Source: a candidate division WOR-3 bacterium (GTDB lineage Bacteria; Hydrothermota; Tepidihabitantia; Tepidihabitantales; Tepidihabitantaceae). Taken from it: DNA of 64,000 bases. Positions 47,931 to 58,591 of this stretch are shown in pieces (position 1 is the first letter of the stretch; each line of letters opens with the position of its first letter). The translations under genes and the position numbers were made by a program. The stretch spans positions 1 through 64,000 of the forward strand of contig CBFGIT010000007.1 of NCBI GenBank assembly GCA_965648905.1, in the 5' to 3' direction. The notes under the pieces are model-generated. The model was not told the origin of the DNA, did no database searches, and saw only the letters and a program-made list of their open reading frames with translations.

Positions 47931-48439
47931 TTACCGGACACGCTCGGCCGGGCAGGATGATTCATGCCCGGCCAGATTCAGATTCGCGCCACAGCACGGA
48001 CACAGACCCCGGCAGTCAGGCCGGCAGGTTGGTGCCATCGGTACTGCCAGGTGCACGGCATCATGAGTCAACGGCCCCAGGTCCAGCAGGTCGCCGTGGA
48101 GCCGGTTCCGGTCTGACTCATCGTCGGACAACTCCGCGCCCTCAGTCCCATCGCGTTCCAGAAACTCGGCAGTCAGCAGCTCGCTCAGTGCGCACTCGTA
48201 CTCAACCCCACACAAAGCACAGACGAGTCTGGCCCGAAACGAAACCGAACCCGCCACCATCAGGCGCTGGCCGGTTCGGACCACGCCAACCTCAACCCGA
48301 ACCGGCCCCAGCAACTGCGCGAACGACGGATTCTCCGCCACCTCCTGCCCGCTGAGACCCATTTCCTCCGGCTCCAGTTCATAGCTCAGTTGATTATCGC
48401 CCTGTTTGAGCGAGCCCAGGTGAATGGCAAGCCGCGACC

Positions 48440-48443
<4 letters not shown>
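47931..48443 (-). CDS. yceD: YceD/DUF177 family protein, probable CTG start
   Basis: 'C..C' and 'P.APTCRPDCRGLCP.CG.NLN'; frame extends upstream of ATG 48362 to a CTG overlapping the moxR stop. Confidence 0.85.
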
Positions 48444-49450
<1,007 letters not shown>

Positions 49451-49455
49451 CGTTC

Positions 49456-50247
49456 TCACTTCCACATGGTTGCGGCCAGTTCCTGACACAGAATCCGGGT
49501 CAGATACTCGACATCGTACACCATCCTGCGCTTATCCTCTTTCTGCTCAACCAGTGCCTGCACCGACTTCTGGTCTCCGCGAAAAGCATCCTTGGCCTGC
49601 CACAGGATATCGCCGGTCTCGACGTCGACCAGCCGCACGCTCGCACCGACCTGGGCCGCAGGAGGCTTCGGCCCGAGCAGCATCATGAGCACCGGTACGA
49701 TGGTGACGACTGCGGCCACGGTGATGGCGCAGGCGAGGGCATCGTTGCGGTCCCGATTGTTGTCGACGATAATGACCGGTGGGTAGTCCGGCTCGCGGCG
49801 GTGACGACGTTCGTAGTACCGCGCTGTGTCGACCTTGACACCGGGATGCGGTACGAACTGGGTGACGCTACCAAGGACCACCGCCTGGGCACCGAGCATC
49901 CGGCCGATGCGGGCCGCACTCTGCGGGTCAAACCGGAAGAGCGTGTCGAGGTCCTGCTCCTGCCACAGCTCCTCAATCCGGTTCCGCTCCACCAGGTCAA
50001 ACCGGCCCGTCTTGCCCAGTTGCAGACCAAACTCCTCACCGACAATGGCCGCCGCGGCGGCCTGGTCGGTCAAGTTCTCAAACGGCAGCACGGCAACGCG
50101 CTTGGTCTCAGGTCCGGCCAGCTTGGCCGAACGGAAGAAGTTCGTAACCTGATACGGTCGGACGGTCGCGCAGTTGGTGCTCGCCAGTAGTGCGGCGAGC
50201 GAGACCGTCACCGTGAGCTGCCGACCAAGACGGGCAGTACCGGTCAT
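49456..50247 (-). CDS. CsgG/LpoB-like exported (lipo)protein
   Basis: 'RVAVLPFEN', 'FDLVER..I..L..EQ', 'AARIGRMLGA.AVV.G', 'RLVDVETG.I.W'. Confidence 0.8.
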   Translation of the reverse strand: MTGTARLGRQLTVTVSLAALLASTNCATVRPYQVTNFFRSAKLAGPETKRVAVLPFENLTDQAAAAAIVGEEFGLQLGKTGRFDLVERNRIEELWQEQDLDTLFRFDPQSAARIGRMLGAQAVVLGSVTQFVPHPGVKVDTARYYERRHRREPDYPPVIIVDNNRDRNDALACAITVAAVVTIVPVLMMLLGPKPPAAQVGASVRLVDVETGDILWQAKDAFRGDQKSVQALVEQKEDKRRMVYDVEYLTRILCQELAATMWK

Positions 50248-50795
50248 CGAACCGACTCGGCCATCAAGCGGGCCAGCCACATCGCCAGGTAGTCGGCATC
50301 GCGGCCCAGCCGGGTCCGGTCTTCGCGGTCATCGACCAGGGCCTGAACCCGGGCGTCGCCGCCCGAGAGCGCGTCTGAACCCTGCCAGGCGATCTCGCCG
50401 GTCTCGACCGAGACGAGACGCACGCTTGCACCCACCCGTCCGGGCCGATAATCGGTCATCGTGCCCATCACCACGGCATGAGCACCCAGCATCTTGCCCA
50501 ACTGCACCGCGGTCGTCTTGTCAACCCGCGCCGGGTCCATATCCTGCTCTCGGTAGAGGTCGCTTATTCGCTGTCGCTCGACGATGTCAAACCGACCGAG
50601 CTTGCCCAGTTGGAGACTGAACTCGTCGGCAAACCTCGTCCCGTCCGGTCCGGCCAGCGGCAGAACTGCCACCCGGTTCGCGCGAATTGAGGCCATGGCT
50701 TGGGGGTTCTGGGTGAAGTTGGTGAAACGGTAGGGACGCGCCGAAGCACAGAACAGACCGAACGTCAACGGCAGCATCAACAGGCGTCTTGCCAT
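50244..50795 (-). CDS. CsgG/LpoB-like exported (lipo)protein, paralog of its neighbour
   Basis: Same motifs: 'RVAVLP', 'EFSLQLGK.GRFD.VER', 'VGASVRLV.VETGE'. Confidence 0.8.
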   Translation of the reverse strand: MARRLLMLPLTFGLFCASARPYRFTNFTQNPQAMASIRANRVAVLPLAGPDGTRFADEFSLQLGKLGRFDIVERQRISDLYREQDMDPARVDKTTAVQLGKMLGAHAVVMGTMTDYRPGRVGASVRLVSVETGEIAWQGSDALSGGDARVQALVDDREDRTRLGRDADYLAMWLARLMAESVR

Positions 50796-50902
50796 CACAG
50801 CTTGCTCCTTCTGCGCCTTACCGGCACAGTGGGTTGATTCGTTCATATGGCTTGGCCGGGCGTCCATTAAGACGCCAAGCAAAGGCCTCGGGTTGCTCCC
50901 GG

Positions 50903-52033
50903 TTATCCTTTGCGGGAACTGCCCGGTTGCGGAAACAGCTTGGCGAGGACCTGGGGCAAGGTTGTGTACTCCATGTCCTTGAGTCCGAGTCGATGTGGTT
51001 CGAACGGCCCGTGACGGCGCATGTAGTCGGCGACTTCATTCGCCTTGTCTCGAGCACGGTCGAACGACGGGTCATCGAACATATCGCGCGGCCCGACCAG
51101 CTTGCCCTTACTTACCTGGAACCCAAGGGCGATGACCCGCGGCGGGCCGTCAAACCTGGACGGCGTGGCCTGGGCCTGAGACACCGGCATCATCGGCCCA
51201 TAGTGCGACCCCCGCATCCAGCCGGAAATCAGGTGCGGAAACGAGAAAGGCTCCAAGACTTCGCCGACCGCAGGCAGGCCCGACTGGCAGCGCACAACCA
51301 TGACCGGGTCGTCCTTGCCCACATACCGGCCGGCAATCAGGGCCAGCTTCTGAGTCGAGCTGGTCGCGGCAATCTCGCCGTCTTTCTTGTACACGTTCTT
51401 GATGATGTAGTTCTCGGGCGAGCCGATGAGCACGAGCAGGTCATACATCTGCTCCGGACACGACAGCATGATGTCATCGCCCTTGTGCACGTCGTGCACC
51501 TCGAACCTGAATCCGTCGTGCATCGATGGGTCAATGACAAGGCCGATGGTGTTGAACGGGTCGGCAAACATCCGAAACAGCGGCAGGTTCCATGCTCCGG
51601 GCGCGCACTTGTCGCCACAGAAGACAACGATTGGCTCTGACTTCCGCTCAACAAAGGTCAGCTCGGCCACGCCCGGCCCCATGCCTTTGACATTGCCGGA
51701 GAATGCGTCGGACAGGATATCCTGCCCGGCTCCGTATAGCCCTAAGTCCCGGGCCAGCTCAGTGCAGTCGAGGAAAATGTCCCAGGCCAGCTTATGAACC
51801 GTTTTGTTGTCGTTGCCGTTACGGTGGCTCATGATTAGCTCGAGGTCATCACCGGCCGCTGCCACTCGGAAGTCCTGAATGACTCCTGAACTCCGCGCAC
51901 GGTCCAGACCCTGTGCGGCCCGGGCCAGGACATCAGGATGACTGGCAGAATGGCCAACGTATCCGCCGATATCTGCCTTGATTACGGAAATCGTGACCGG
52001 CCTTGCCGGGCCGGCAGACTTGGGCTTTTTCAC
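50903..52033 (-). CDS. fbp: Bifunctional fructose-1,6-bisphosphate aldolase/phosphatase (class V)
   Basis: 'SVIKADIG...GH', 'GDDL.L', 'LYGAGQD', 'YVGKDDP', 'GPFEPHRL....MEYTT'; GGAGG and GTG 52033. Confidence 0.97.
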   Translation of the reverse strand: MKKPKSAGPARPVTISVIKADIGGYVGHSASHPDVLARAAQGLDRARSSGVIQDFRVAAAGDDLELIMSHRNGNDNKTVHKLAWDIFLDCTELARDLGLYGAGQDILSDAFSGNVKGMGPGVAELTFVERKSEPIVVFCGDKCAPGAWNLPLFRMFADPFNTIGLVIDPSMHDGFRFEVHDVHKGDDIMLSCPEQMYDLLVLIGSPENYIIKNVYKKDGEIAATSSTQKLALIAGRYVGKDDPVMVVRCQSGLPAVGEVLEPFSFPHLISGWMRGSHYGPMMPVSQAQATPSRFDGPPRVIALGFQVSKGKLVGPRDMFDDPSFDRARDKANEVADYMRRHGPFEPHRLGLKDMEYTTLPQVLAKLFPQPGSSRKG

Positions 52034-52061
52034 AGTTGTCCTCCGTGGGTTCACGGTGGTG

Positions 52062-52161
52062 AGAATAGGCCAGGAGTGGTCTGTTGTCAAGCATGCCGCT
52101 CGTCTCTCAGTCTGCTTCCGGTCTCGACGGCAGTTGACTTGGGACAGGCTGGCCTTATGCT
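52062..52161. promoter_or_regulatory. Divergent promoters for fbp and greA
   Basis: Minus TTGACA-N17-TATTCT; plus TTGACT-N16-TATGCT, 7 nt before GTG 52169. Confidence 0.7.
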
Positions 52162-52168
52162 TTGGCCC

Positions 52169-54079
52169 GTGAACGCACTGCTAGCCCGGTTTCGCCAGCA
52201 GCTTCGCTCCGGCCAGCTCGACGAGATCGAAGACACCTGGCTGGAGTTGCTCGGGTCTGATGTCACGACCAGTGAGTTGCTCACGGTGGCGGAGAACGCA
52301 GCCCGGCAGGGGTTCGGACCAAAGGCCGCAGTGCTGCTTGCGGTCCTGGCCGAGAGCCTTGAAGAAAGAGGTCGGCACGAAGAACGGTTAACCGTGCTCC
52401 GGCGACTGGCCGAACACACACCCGGGGAACGACGTCTGGCCCGGGAACTGGCCGACGCATTCCGCCAAGTGCACGGCTCAGCCCCCGAGCTTGAACAACT
52501 GCTCTCCCACTCCGGGCTGACCAGCGGGGCCCAGTTGTCCGAGGCGCTGCCGAAACTGGATCGCTATCTCGCATTCCTGCCCGGCGCCCGGGTCTACGAG
52601 CCGGAACGGGGGCCGGGCCGAGTGAAGAAGCTGGACCTGCTCCTTGACAAAGTCACGGTCGACTTCGATTGCGGTGCTGAGCTGACTTGGGACATCGTCG
52701 CCGCAGCCCGGCAGGTACGGCCATCGGCGCCGGATGGGTTTCTTGCCCGCATGGCCCGCGACCCGGAGTCACTGGTCAAACTCGCACGGGAACAGGCCGG
52801 CACGCTGGCCGCGATGTATCTGCGTGACGTCGGTGAACCGGTCTCCCTGCGTCAGTTGCAGCAGGGTCTCAGCCCGGTGGTGCGGGCCGAGGAGTGGGAC
52901 GGCTTCTGGTCCAAGGCGCGCCGCGACCTGAGCCGCAACCCCCATGTGCTCATGAAGCCAGGCGCAGTCCGGCTTTATCAGTGGGTTGACGAACCGATAA
53001 CTGGCTCACGACCTGCCGAAACGGTACGGCGGGTACGGCACGAGCTGAGTCCGGAGGATATCACCGCCATCGCCGAGAGCGAGATTGAACCTGCCTATGC
53101 TCGCCTGACCGGATTTGCCGAACGCCGCCGGTTTCTGGAACTGCTGCACACGACCAGGCCGGACGACTGGGACCGGCTCTATGTCCGGTTGTTCAATGTC
53201 GGGCGGGACAGCCGGGCACGGCTGGTAATCGAGCAGACGCTCCGGCAGGAACGACCGGCTCTTTGGCAGTCGCTTCTCGACGGTCTGCTGACCGGCTATC
53301 GCCGAAACCCGGAGTCTTTCCTCTGGTTCGCGGAGCAGGCCGAACGGCTCGGCTACGAGAACCCCAAGGCGCTGCTGACACGTGTTCTCGACCTCCTTGA
53401 CTCCAGCGATTCCCGCCCATTGTGGAATCGACTGCGCAACCTGATTGCCGCCGACGACCATCGATTGATTCGCCAGGCGGTTGCGGCCATGGACCGGACT
53501 GAAGCCGAGAGACTGCTTGCCCGGCTCCCCCGGTTGCGGCCGCTTGAGGGTTATCGGGCAGACGAGATGATTCAGGTCGTTGTCAGCCGGTTCCCCGAGC
53601 TGGACGACGCTCTGGCCGAGAATGTCATCTACACTACTGAGCAGGGTCTGGAAAAGGCCAAAGCCGAGATGCGCCATATTGCCGAAGAAGAGATACCCAG
53701 GTCGGCTGAGGAGATTGCCCGCGCTCGAGCCCACGGTGACCTGAGCGAGAACTACGAGTACAAGGCCGCCAAAGAGAAACAGGCGCGGCTGATGCAGAAG
53801 GCGAGCCGCCTGCGCGACGAACTGGCACGCGCCCGGGTCATTGTTGCCGCCGACATCGATACCTCAGAGGTCACGATCGGTTGTCGAGTGACGCTCGCGG
53901 ATGAAACCGGGCAGCGTCACATCTATACCCTGCTTGGACCGTGGGACACCGACACTGAGCACGGTATCATCTCGTATCAATCCCCGTTTGCCGGTCGGCT
54001 GATGGGTAAGAAGGTCGGCGACCCGATTGAGGTCGAAGGCCGACCCCATACGGTCGCGGCCATTGAATCCGCGCTCTAG
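52169..54079 (+). CDS. greA: GreA with long N-terminal helical extension
   Basis: C-terminal 'AR.HGDLSEN.EY.AAKE.Q', 'YTLLGPW', 'ISY.SP'. Confidence 0.9.
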   Translation: MNALLARFRQQLRSGQLDEIEDTWLELLGSDVTTSELLTVAENAARQGFGPKAAVLLAVLAESLEERGRHEERLTVLRRLAEHTPGERRLARELADAFRQVHGSAPELEQLLSHSGLTSGAQLSEALPKLDRYLAFLPGARVYEPERGPGRVKKLDLLLDKVTVDFDCGAELTWDIVAAARQVRPSAPDGFLARMARDPESLVKLAREQAGTLAAMYLRDVGEPVSLRQLQQGLSPVVRAEEWDGFWSKARRDLSRNPHVLMKPGAVRLYQWVDEPITGSRPAETVRRVRHELSPEDITAIAESEIEPAYARLTGFAERRRFLELLHTTRPDDWDRLYVRLFNVGRDSRARLVIEQTLRQERPALWQSLLDGLLTGYRRNPESFLWFAEQAERLGYENPKALLTRVLDLLDSSDSRPLWNRLRNLIAADDHRLIRQAVAAMDRTEAERLLARLPRLRPLEGYRADEMIQVVVSRFPELDDALAENVIYTTEQGLEKAKAEMRHIAEEEIPRSAEEIARARAHGDLSENYEYKAAKEKQARLMQKASRLRDELARARVIVAADIDTSEVTIGCRVTLADETGQRHIYTLLGPWDTDTEHGIISYQSPFAGRLMGKKVGDPIEVEGRPHTVAAIESAL

Positions 54080-54084
54080 CGCTT

Positions 54085-54732
54085 GTGGGCCTGGTCTTCC
54101 GTCTTGACCCCGCTGACCCGGACCGCGACGCGATTGCCCAGGCAGCAGCGGTCCTGAAGCAAGGCGGTGTTGCCGTTTTCCCGACCGAAACCGTCTACGG
54201 TCTTGGCGCTGACCTGCGGAACGACGCCGGGATAGAGCGCGTGTTTCGCATCAAGCGGCGCGGGCACGACCTGCCACTGTTGATACACTGTGCAAACCAA
54301 GGGCAGGTCGGTCGCTATGTGGCGGATTGGCCTGACAGTGCGGAGATGCTGGCCCGAGTCTACTGGCCTGGCCCGCTAGCCCTGGTTCTGTGGCGCAGCC
54401 GGGCCGTGCCAGAGGCCGTCACCGGAGTGAGAAGCGTGGGCATCAGAGTGGTTGCTGACCGAGTGGCGCAGGAACTGATTGACACACTGGGCGCGCCGAT
54501 TGCCGGAACCAGCGCCAACCTGCACGGTCAGATAGCAACCAGCAGGTTTGACCAGATAAGGAACGAAATCCTGGACGGTGCTGACATTGCTCTGGACATC
54601 GGCCAATGCGGCAAGGACGTGGCTTCAACTGTGCTCGACCTGACCGTTGACCCGCCGCGGGTTGTACGGGCCGGTGCGGTGCCGGTTGCCGGCATTGAGG
54701 AAGTACTCAGGCTGAAGGTGACCGGACACTGA
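54085..54732 (+). CDS. tsaC: L-threonylcarbamoyladenylate synthase (YrdC/Sua5 domain)
   Basis: 'FPTETVYGL', 'K.R', 'WPGPL', 'TSAN', 'STVLD'. Confidence 0.93.
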   Translation: MGLVFRLDPADPDRDAIAQAAAVLKQGGVAVFPTETVYGLGADLRNDAGIERVFRIKRRGHDLPLLIHCANQGQVGRYVADWPDSAEMLARVYWPGPLALVLWRSRAVPEAVTGVRSVGIRVVADRVAQELIDTLGAPIAGTSANLHGQIATSRFDQIRNEILDGADIALDIGQCGKDVASTVLDLTVDPPRVVRAGAVPVAGIEEVLRLKVTGH

Positions 54733-54737
54733 CCCGG

Positions 54738-56330
54738 CTAGTAGCGGTATTCCACGCGAAGGTCAAAGTCGAACCCGGTCTGCTCGCGACCGGGTACACC
54801 AAGGTAGTTGCGGCTCGACCAGAAACCCACCGCCCCGAACACACCAAGGTCACGGCCCAGACGAATCTCCAGCTCAGGAACGAGACGGGTGGTATGGTCT
54901 ACCTGTTCGATGATGTTGCCGAGTGAGTCGTAGCCGACTGCCGGGAACTGGAAGTACTCGCGCAGGTATGCCGTATCACCAAGGTGAAAACTCTGTCGCT
55001 GCCAGCCGCCCCGGTTGAAGTACCCGCGACGAGTGCGGTCTGCCCGTGCGCCCAGTCTGAGCCAGGAACAGGGCGTAACCCGGACTGAAGCAATGACCTG
55101 GTCTGCGTCCGGCCCGAGCTCGTGTCCGAGTGGGACAAGGTAGTTCTCATACATGATGGACGGAACGCGGTGGTAGTAGGTGAATGCGGTTATGACGTTG
55201 TACTCGGCACGCAGCTCCAGCGGCAGCCTTGGAGCCCAGTAGGCCCCGGTCTGGGCTGCGATTGCATTCGGGGCAACCGCCAGCTCGTTCAGCTCCCAGT
55301 TGTCGACAAACAACTGAGCATAGACCTTGGTCTGTGGCAGGTAGGCACAGACGTCCCAGCCGACGAGGAAGTTGCCGTCATGGCCTGACCCGGCTTCAGA
55401 CAGGAAGTTTGGTATCAGGGGATTGACCAGACCGCCGAGCTGGCCCGGCTGGAGCGCATCCCAGGATGCGATGTCCATCATCGCGCCGGCCAGCGTGACC
55501 CGGTCCCAGAGCGAGAGTTCGATGCGTTGGGCCGAAAGGAAGCGCGGCCTGGTGCCCCAACGCGAAAGGAGCGACGTAAGACTGAGGAACTTGAAGTTGC
55601 GGTAGCTCGCACAGAACTGGACGTGGTCAAGGGCCGGAGCGTTGTTGTCGAGCATCATCGAGCCGGAAAAACCCGGGCCCCAGACAAATTCGTCCCGGCC
55701 CAGCTCCAGGCGCATCCAAGGAACCTTGAAAGCCAGATAGGCCAGCTCGGTCTCAAGCGTCGCGATGTCGCGCCAGGGCAACACACGCATGCCCGGGATA
55801 TGGCGGCCGGCTGAGTCGCGCGGGATGGCGACCTCGACGATCTTCGGCTGCCAGAAATCGAGCTCGAACCGCTCGTAGAATGCGAAATTGTCGCCCGGCC
55901 GGTTGTTGATAACCGCGCCGATGCCGACGCGCCGACGCGCCGTATCGGCGTGCGCGCGTCCGTACAGGTCGAGCCGGGCCGAAGCACCGGGCAACTCGGG
56001 CACGGCCAGACTTGCCACCGGTCGACGCGCACCGGTCCCTGCGGGATGAACGAGCAGCTCATCGGCAAACTCAGTCATCAGTCGTGCGAGGGCGGCACGC
56101 TGGGCCGCGGGCAGCTTCTGCTGACCAGCCACAGATTCCGCCTCAGCCACGAGGCGCGCAGCCTCAGCCCGGGTCCAGGGTCGGCTCGTCGAAGGCATGG
56201 CCCGGACAAGACCCGCGGTCTTGAGTAGGTCAAAATCATCGTAGAGCTTGGAGTCGGTCGGAACATGTTCGATGCTGGCACCAACGGCAAGTGCCACGGC
56301 CGCGGCCAGTCCAAGCAGAAGCCGGGCCAT
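54738..56330 (-). CDS. Capsule assembly Wzi-like outer-membrane protein
   Basis: Signal peptide; 'RPWTR.E', 'LGRD...WGPG..GS.ML..NAP', 'LGH.LGPD', terminal 'LRVEYRY'. Confidence 0.75.
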   Translation of the reverse strand: MARLLLGLAAAVALAVGASIEHVPTDSKLYDDFDLLKTAGLVRAMPSTSRPWTRAEAARLVAEAESVAGQQKLPAAQRAALARLMTEFADELLVHPAGTGARRPVASLAVPELPGASARLDLYGRAHADTARRRVGIGAVINNRPGDNFAFYERFELDFWQPKIVEVAIPRDSAGRHIPGMRVLPWRDIATLETELAYLAFKVPWMRLELGRDEFVWGPGFSGSMMLDNNAPALDHVQFCASYRNFKFLSLTSLLSRWGTRPRFLSAQRIELSLWDRVTLAGAMMDIASWDALQPGQLGGLVNPLIPNFLSEAGSGHDGNFLVGWDVCAYLPQTKVYAQLFVDNWELNELAVAPNAIAAQTGAYWAPRLPLELRAEYNVITAFTYYHRVPSIMYENYLVPLGHELGPDADQVIASVRVTPCSWLRLGARADRTRRGYFNRGGWQRQSFHLGDTAYLREYFQFPAVGYDSLGNIIEQVDHTTRLVPELEIRLGRDLGVFGAVGFWSSRNYLGVPGREQTGFDFDLRVEYRY

Positions 56331-56332
56331 CG

Positions 56333-57070
56333 CTAGTGTATCACACCCAGCCAGTCGCGCAGGAGAAACTGAAGCTGGCCGATGAGCAGAGACATGCGGG
56401 CCATGACCGTGTAGCCGAACGACGCACCGAAGCCAATCATCAGGAAGGTGATACCGGTACTTGCCAGACCTTTCTGCAATCCCTTCTGCTCCCGGGAGAA
56501 GAAGAAGTAGATGACCGCGGACACCGCTCCGACAAAGATGGTCAATGGCGCCAGTGCCCACAGGAACGCCTCGGCCGCATCGGACAGCGAGTTAAGGCTG
56601 TGGAAGTGACTCAGATGGTTCCACGCCTGCGTCATCTGGGCCGGCAGGTCCTTAGTCAGCCAGGCAGGAGTCAGGATAGTACCCTGCGCCTGCTTGAGTA
56701 CCGAGGTCTGAATGATGCTGGGGATAATGACTCCTGAGCCCCAGCCGAGGATGAACGACATCGGTATCCGCATCATCCAGGATATCTTCGGCACGAACGC
56801 GAAGAAATACATGATGCCGAGCGCAAGGGGGATAATCAGGAGCAGCTTCTGGATGATGCTCACCTCGGCGAGCGGGCTGACAAACAGCCGGCGAAACAGG
56901 TCGGGCCAGAGCGTGCTCCACGTCGCCACGGTTATCACGTACCCGAGCGAGACGCCGACGTACAGGTGCTCGCAGAACTTGTAGAACGGGTTGTCGCGGA
57001 ACAGGAACGAGAAGATGCCCAGCGTGAGCAGGGCAGCGACCCAAATCCAGACGTCAGTTGCCAGATACAT
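56333..57070 (-). CDS. Uncharacterised polytopic membrane protein (DUF6754 cluster)
   Basis: About 6 TM segments; 'SFL..DNP.Y...EH..VG', 'YFFF', 'FLM..FGA.FG..VM.R...L..'. Confidence 0.8.
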   Translation of the reverse strand: MYLATDVWIWVAALLTLGIFSFLFRDNPFYKFCEHLYVGVSLGYVITVATWSTLWPDLFRRLFVSPLAEVSIIQKLLLIIPLALGIMYFFAFVPKISWMMRIPMSFILGWGSGVIIPSIIQTSVLKQAQGTILTPAWLTKDLPAQMTQAWNHLSHFHSLNSLSDAAEAFLWALAPLTIFVGAVSAVIYFFFSREQKGLQKGLASTGITFLMIGFGASFGYTVMARMSLLIGQLQFLLRDWLGVIH

Positions 57071-57939
57071 CACTGCCTCCTCTTCCGGCTGAGGAAAAAG
57101 CCGACGTTGCCCAGAATCACCAGCAGAACAATGGCAAAGTGAGCGAAACTCTGGGCATCCATCGCGTTCAAGGCCGGGGTACCGGCCTGCCTGATATTGG
57201 CCTGAGACAGCAGCACTTCGTACTCAGCCGCACCCTTCATGCCGGCGACAATGCCCAGCAACTGACCGGTGCCCAGATAGGGATACGCGTCCGCGGCCTG
57301 GACCGCGGTCGTGCCGGTTGCCATCTTCGCCCGGTATCGGGACTGCGCGTACAGCAGCCAGTCCGCGTACCCGGGCGTGCCGGCCGACAGCGACACGATG
57401 AACCCGACGTCCGACAGCTTCCTGATGTCGTGCATCATCGGATGTTCTTCAAGGCGCGTGCCGAGTCCGTCCACCGGGAACGTCCGGGCGACGTTCTCGC
57501 CCATGCCGAGAATGACCGCATCGACGCCGGCCTTGTAGCCGAGGAAAACGTAGTCGCGACCGTTCTCCTTGTTGTACTCCTGCGCGGCATCCTGGAGCGC
57601 ACGGCGGCCCAGCCCGACGCCGTTCGGCCAGAGCCCGACGACCAGCACCCTGACGTTGCGGGCGAACGCGTGTCGGATGAGCGCCTTCAGCATCGGCAGC
57701 AGCTCGGCCTGTGAAGCCGGGTCGAAGTCGACCGAGACCAGCAGCGGACGGCCGGTGTACTGCAGGCTGTCAACCTGTTCGTAGACCTGACGGACGCGCT
57801 GCGACACGCCGCCCATCGGCTTGACCGAAAGCCCAAGCGAGAGAATCAAAGGTACAATAATAACCAGGAGCAGAATGACATAGACGATACGTCGGTCAAT
57901 CTGCCCAAGGGTCTGCCAGAAACCGGGTCTGCTCGCCAT
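57070..57939 (-). CDS. Uncharacterised membrane-anchored protein (DUF6754 cluster)
   Basis: GGAGGAGG and ATG 57939; TM - soluble domain ('DF.P....EL.P', 'G.DYV.LGY', 'G.KGAAEYE') - TM. Confidence 0.8.
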   Translation of the reverse strand: MASRPGFWQTLGQIDRRIVYVILLLVIIVPLILSLGLSVKPMGGVSQRVRQVYEQVDSLQYTGRPLLVSVDFDPASQAELLPMLKALIRHAFARNVRVLVVGLWPNGVGLGRRALQDAAQEYNKENGRDYVFLGYKAGVDAVILGMGENVARTFPVDGLGTRLEEHPMMHDIRKLSDVGFIVSLSAGTPGYADWLLYAQSRYRAKMATGTTAVQAADAYPYLGTGQLLGIVAGMKGAAEYEVLLSQANIRQAGTPALNAMDAQSFAHFAIVLLVILGNVGFFLSRKRRQ

Positions 57940-57940
57940 G

Positions 57941-58582
57941 TTACTTACCTCCTCCTCCACCCAGCCAGCCGCGCTCGATGCCGAGGATGATCTTGAGCGA
58001 GGTAGCGATGCTGCCCAGGGCCACGCCGAAAGTGATGCCGCGCTTGGCCGCCATGTTCGGCACCTCGAGCAGGTACCGCGACCACTGCGGGAACCGGTCC
58101 CAGATGACCTTGCCGAGCGGGACGCTGCCCAGCATCACCATGAAGGCCGCAACCAGCAGGATGGTCGCTTCGCGGTTGCGTGCCCGGAACGCGCGGTAGC
58201 TGGCCGAGGCGATGTAGAACGCGAGGATGGCGAACATTGATGCTCCGAGCGGCACCTGGACGTTAGCGTAGATGACGTTGATGAGCAACTGCTTGTTGTT
58301 CATCATTGTCGGCCCCGCGGCCCAGCCGATAATCGTCGTGGCCGCCAGTGCCACCAGGGTCACAATCGAATAGCCCCAGCCCGGGCTCTTACGCTGGAGC
58401 CTCGTGACATGATGGATTATCAGACTGCCCGCGCCCAGCACCAGCGCAAACCCGCTCACGAGCCGCACCCAGGTGTTGATTGTCTCGAGGAACGCCCGCG
58501 AGAAGGGATGCGGGGAGAAGAACTGGACCATCATCAGGACACCGGCAATCAGACAGATAGTCAGGGGAAGGTTTCTTCTCAT
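57941..58582 (-). CDS. Uncharacterised polytopic membrane protein (DUF6754 cluster)
   Basis: About 6 TM segments; 'P..A.MF..LAF.IASA.YRAFR.R', 'P..A..R.I..G..LG'. Confidence 0.8.
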   Translation of the reverse strand: MRRNLPLTICLIAGVLMMVQFFSPHPFSRAFLETINTWVRLVSGFALVLGAGSLIIHHVTRLQRKSPGWGYSIVTLVALAATTIIGWAAGPTMMNNKQLLINVIYANVQVPLGASMFAILAFYIASASYRAFRARNREATILLVAAFMVMLGSVPLGKVIWDRFPQWSRYLLEVPNMAAKRGITFGVALGSIATSLKIILGIERGWLGGGGGK

Positions 58583-58591
58583 CGTTGCTCC

